19,723 bases of DNA, taken from assembly GCA_037381445.1 (NCBI GenBank), contig JARRQT010000115.1, positions 1 to 19,723 on the forward strand, written 5' to 3'. Position numbers and translations under genes: made by a program. The notes beneath the pieces were generated by a model. That model had not been told where the DNA came from. It did not search any database and saw only the letters and a list, made by a program, of their open reading frames with translations. Origin of the DNA: Calditrichia bacterium (lineage in GTDB: Bacteria; Calditrichota; Calditrichia; RBG-13-44-9). Of this stretch, positions 16,417 through 19,723 are shown in pieces. Position 1 is the stretch's first letter. Every line of letters begins with the position of its first letter.

Positions 16417-16444
16417 CAGGATGATTTATCAATAAATCATCCTG
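16417..16444. repeat. Perfect 13 bp inverted repeat between convergent genes
   Basis: CAGGATGATTTAT-CA-ATAAATCATCCTG; no flanking U-tract. Confidence 0.8.
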
Positions 16445-16520
16445 GCCGAACTCCACAGATTGTATCCGGATCCCATCTGAGAAAAACGCAGTTTCGGTGA
16501 ATTTACTAATGGTTAGCTAG

Positions 16521-17147
16521 CTAGTTATCATTGATTATTCTGCCGGTTCCGGTCACACTGGAAATAATGGAAGGATTGCCTTTGTAATACACATTCCCGG
16601 TGCCGGTAAGAGTGACCACCAGCAATTCGTTCACGCGAATCCGGCAATTCCCCGTTCCGGTTATTGTAATCGTGCAGGTATCAACCGGCAGAGCATAAGC
16701 ATCCACATTTCCGGTACCCGTCAGATTAAAAATGATGCGGCTCTGCTTCGCCCCGGTCATGGTGAAATTGCCAACCCCAATGGAATTGATGTCCGAAATC
16801 GCGGCTACAGTAATATCAGCCTCAATCTCTTCCGACGTTTTCACATTAATATTTTCTCCAAAATCCAGGGTCAATTTGCCGGCCTCAACTTCACAACGAA
16901 GCACATCCAGAACATTCTGCTGCGCCTTCAGGACTACTTTTTGCGGACTGCCCTTTGTGACGCTTACCCGGGTCATGGCAATATTCACAATACTCTGAAA
17001 TGCCGGAGGATCGACCGTTTTTAAGACAATGGGCCCGCTTCCGATCACCATCGTTTTATCATTGCTTATAATTTTGTTATCGGAATCGCATCTGAAAAGA
17101 ATGATGGCCAGCATGGTTGCGGTGATAAGAGAGATACATTTTTTCAT
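16521..17147 (-). CDS. DUF2807/head GIN-domain beta-helix protein, probable lipoprotein
   Basis: Signal peptide ending ILFRC; GSG.I...T; repeated I/L.GTGN units; terminal GNVYYKGNP......GTGRI typical of DUF2807. Confidence 0.8.
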   Translation of the reverse strand: MKKCISLITATMLAIILFRCDSDNKIISNDKTMVIGSGPIVLKTVDPPAFQSIVNIAMTRVSVTKGSPQKVVLKAQQNVLDVLRCEVEAGKLTLDFGENINVKTSEEIEADITVAAISDINSIGVGNFTMTGAKQSRIIFNLTGTGNVDAYALPVDTCTITITGTGNCRIRVNELLVVTLTGTGNVYYKGNPSIISSVTGTGRIINDN

Positions 17148-17217
17148 AGGGTATCTTCTTTTATTATTTGTTTGTGCCCCTCCTATAGTTGAGCTGATTC
17201 AAATAATCTCCCCATCA

Positions 17218-18885
17218 TTACTGGTCATCTCCGGAATTCTTATCGATCAATTCCAGCACAAATTCCTTTTCCGCATCCCGTCCTGCCAGTATATCTTCAA
17301 TGGCCGGTCGGACGGTATAATCCGGAATGATGCCACGGTCTTTGAACATACCCTGAACCGCTACCGCGAAGGAGCCCTGCGCGACCTGCAGCATGAGATT
17401 TGTATTTTTAAGCGGAATGATTGCCTTTGCATCATTACAGGAATATGTGCCTCCGGTTTCACTGCCGATGAAAGTGCCGATGCGATGATATTTGAGCAGT
17501 GCGGCTAAATGCCCGGTGGTGGAAAAGCATTTGCCATTGATGAGCGTATACAGGCTGCCGGCAAATCTGTTCTCAGCCAGATGGATTGGCTGCGCCAGAT
17601 CAGCATATTTTCCGAAAGGCTCGTCAAAATAAGGTATCGGTTGCGGAGTGAGGTATGACAGCAGGTAGGCTGAACAAAAAGGATCGCCGCCATCATTATC
17701 CCGCAGATCCAGAATCAGATTTTGTATTTCCTCATCATTAATTTCTGCAAAAGCGCTGTCAATAAATTTATAGAATCGCTTTTGTTCGTTGTAATAGTTG
17801 AAATTGTTAATGGTCAGGATCGCGGTGCTTTTTCCCCCGATAATCTCAAATTCGAGCAGCGGTTTCCGGGGACTTGCTTCCGATAATATTTTTCCGGCCA
17901 CAGCTTCAGTTTCAATACTTTTCTGCAGATTCTCAGCGGGCGAAAAATAGGAGATCCTGAACTTTTCCGGGAATCCATAGTGCAGGGCATACAGCCAGGC
18001 AAATCTTTCGTTTAAATGACTTATTCTATATCCCTTTCTGAATCCATCCGAGGAAATACCGGACAGCAGCCGCCCGGCGATTTCAGATGCCGATAATCCG
18101 TTAATGGAATCGATCCTGCTTCCAGAAACAATTTCATTCCTGCTGGAAAGATTATGAAGCACAAAGAGTTTGTTCTCGACAAATCGGACCTGCAGGGGAA
18201 AGAACCGGTCCGGCTGGCCCTGCCACCAGGCTTCCGGCATATAAACGGCGGAATGGCCGCACCCGATGCTGGTCATCAGGGGATTGACGATCCGAAAAAA
18301 TTCTACCCCGGTCATGGGTCCGTCAATGAGTCGGTATCGAGCCTCAAACAAAGAATCGAAAGTCGCTTTGTCCGTGAAATCATATAACGCCGGATGCAGA
18401 CCCTGAATGGTTTCCCTCATTTGGCGGTAATCTTCCTGCAATTGGGGAATACTGAATTGATAATTGGCGTTGAGAATATATCTGTCCAGATCGAATGGAC
18501 TCGCCGGCAAAATCTGCGGACTTCCTGAGAGGACAATCTTGCGGTTGCCATAAGGAGGATTGTCTTTCTCGGGATTTTGTTCCCAGATATCTCTGCCGCC
18601 CGCCTGACGAATCACAAATTTATATTCGATAACGCCAGCCTCGAATCCGGTGAAATCATGACTGAGTGTATAAATACTATCGGAATCCGCATCCGATAAA
18701 TGCAGCCTGTTCCCCTGCCAGCCATTAAGATTACCCCTGAGCACCAGGCTATCACCCTGCAGAGGTCTGAAAACAGAATGCTCAATGGGAATCCTCATAT
18801 CCACCTGAAATGTCAACTGATTTTGGGAAAACAAATTAATGGATAAAAACAATATAACAACCACAAAGCAGAAATATTTTTTCAT
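17218..18885 (-). CDS. Secreted S41-family peptidase with an N-terminal CBM20/48-like Ig domain and a PDZ-like insert
   Basis: Signal peptide MKKYF...NLFS|Q; TFQVDM...RGNLNGW...EYKFV...WE...NR; LHPALY, CGHS, GSRIDSING, LILDLRDNDGG, CFSTT (catalytic Ser position), IGSETGG, GIIPD. The ATG at 18885 is preferred over 18966. Confidence 0.85.
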   Translation of the reverse strand: MKKYFCFVVVILFLSINLFSQNQLTFQVDMRIPIEHSVFRPLQGDSLVLRGNLNGWQGNRLHLSDADSDSIYTLSHDFTGFEAGVIEYKFVIRQAGGRDIWEQNPEKDNPPYGNRKIVLSGSPQILPASPFDLDRYILNANYQFSIPQLQEDYRQMRETIQGLHPALYDFTDKATFDSLFEARYRLIDGPMTGVEFFRIVNPLMTSIGCGHSAVYMPEAWWQGQPDRFFPLQVRFVENKLFVLHNLSSRNEIVSGSRIDSINGLSASEIAGRLLSGISSDGFRKGYRISHLNERFAWLYALHYGFPEKFRISYFSPAENLQKSIETEAVAGKILSEASPRKPLLEFEIIGGKSTAILTINNFNYYNEQKRFYKFIDSAFAEINDEEIQNLILDLRDNDGGDPFCSAYLLSYLTPQPIPYFDEPFGKYADLAQPIHLAENRFAGSLYTLINGKCFSTTGHLAALLKYHRIGTFIGSETGGTYSCNDAKAIIPLKNTNLMLQVAQGSFAVAVQGMFKDRGIIPDYTVRPAIEDILAGRDAEKEFVLELIDKNSGDDQ

Positions 18886-19025
18886 TTCCAACCCTTTCGA
18901 ATATGCGTTTGTGAGGATGTTCTCATTTAAGATTATTCCGGAAACCCGGAAGTTCAGAATAATCATTGGGAAATGTAAAAAACCGAACAGAAACTTCTAT
19001 GGCAGGAAAATTCAGAATTAGAATT

Positions 19026-19041
19026 TTGACCAAACGGTCAT
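19026..19041. promoter_or_regulatory. Candidate TetR-type operator upstream of the peptidase gene
   Basis: TTGACCAAACGGTCAT contains the palindrome TGACC-N4-GGTCA, about 140 nt upstream of the 18885 start. Confidence 0.4.
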
Positions 19042-19383
19042 AAAAGGAAGTGGCATCTTGTTCTTTTTAATATATAATAAAAATGCCGGCAGTCTGTAAC
19101 TTCCCTGGGTAACCTCTTTCATTCGCTCAGGATCAGCCGGCATCATCTGCAACGAATATACATCAGGCAGAATGTTTATCAAACCCATATTTTTTAACAG
19201 GTATATGCAGAGATTGACATCAGCTGTGAAGAAGAGACAATACCATATTCCAAAAACCGCTTAATGGAAATAAATATCTGCCAATATAAAATTGAGATAG
19301 AAATCAAATGTCTGAGGCGGATATATCATGCCATTCGCAAGCATGATATATCTCTTTTCTATTAAATGGATTTATGCCGTTTT

Positions 19384-19626
19384 TCAGGCACCCCTGCGGG
19401 TAAGCAACGATTTGAAAGATTCGTCTTTGCTCAACAGATCGACGGCCACCTGAGTGACACCCTCCGTATCCGTATCAGCAAAGATGGATAATTGAACTGA
19501 ACCGCTGTGTTCGCCAACCACCACATTTTCGAATACAGCCGATTTGCTGTGTCCCAGAAGCGCCACATATAAATCCTCATCATCACGATAGGATTTGAGC
19601 GCCTTTTTAATATCTCCGACTGTCAT
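19384..19626 (-). CDS. Small hypothetical protein (80 aa)
   Basis: Strong AGGAGG RBS 6 nt before the ATG at 19626; the protein begins MTVGDIKKALKSYRDDEDLYV. Confidence 0.7.
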   Translation of the reverse strand: MTVGDIKKALKSYRDDEDLYVALLGHSKSAVFENVVVGEHSGSVQLSIFADTDTEGVTQVAVDLLSKDESFKSLLTRRGA

Positions 19627-19723
19627 TTTCAACCTCCTGTGTATTTTGTAAAAACCTGTGTTAAAACATTTCTATTTTATAATATTAGATTTTTATGAAG
19701 TTTCAGTGAAGTTTTATTCATTT

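Overview
Bacterial chromosomal DNA, probably from an FCB-affiliated lineage such as Calditrichota or Ignavibacteria/KSB1 (inferred from a QNYPNPFNP-type T9SS C-terminal domain, bshB1, Gln at +1 of predicted signal peptides and GGAG Shine-Dalgarno sites). The left half holds core-like genes: an N-terminally truncated class II glutamine amidotransferase joined to a TamB-like fragment at the window edge, bshB1, a CHASE2 adenylate cyclase, a Cys-less class V PLP enzyme, a TPR protein, nth, and a multi-PAS hybrid histidine kinase whose receiver domain is out of frame. tRNA-Ser(CGA) follows, with att-like scar signals at its 3' end. The right half looks accessory. Its most striking element is a compact module: a Cys-motif PAS sigma-54 activator, a TGT-N10-ACA palindrome and a -24/-12 promoter, a small TPR protein with a DDCPC motif, and a secreted cytochrome c with 7 CXXCH plus 1 CX4CH motifs and a T9SS type A sorting tail, i.e. 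a candidate T9SS-exported extracellular electron-transfer cytochrome. A beta-hydroxyacid dehydrogenase, a DUF2807/GIN lipoprotein, a CBM-like/S41 peptidase fusion and a small hypothetical ORF complete the window. All family calls come from motif recognition by eye; no searches were run.
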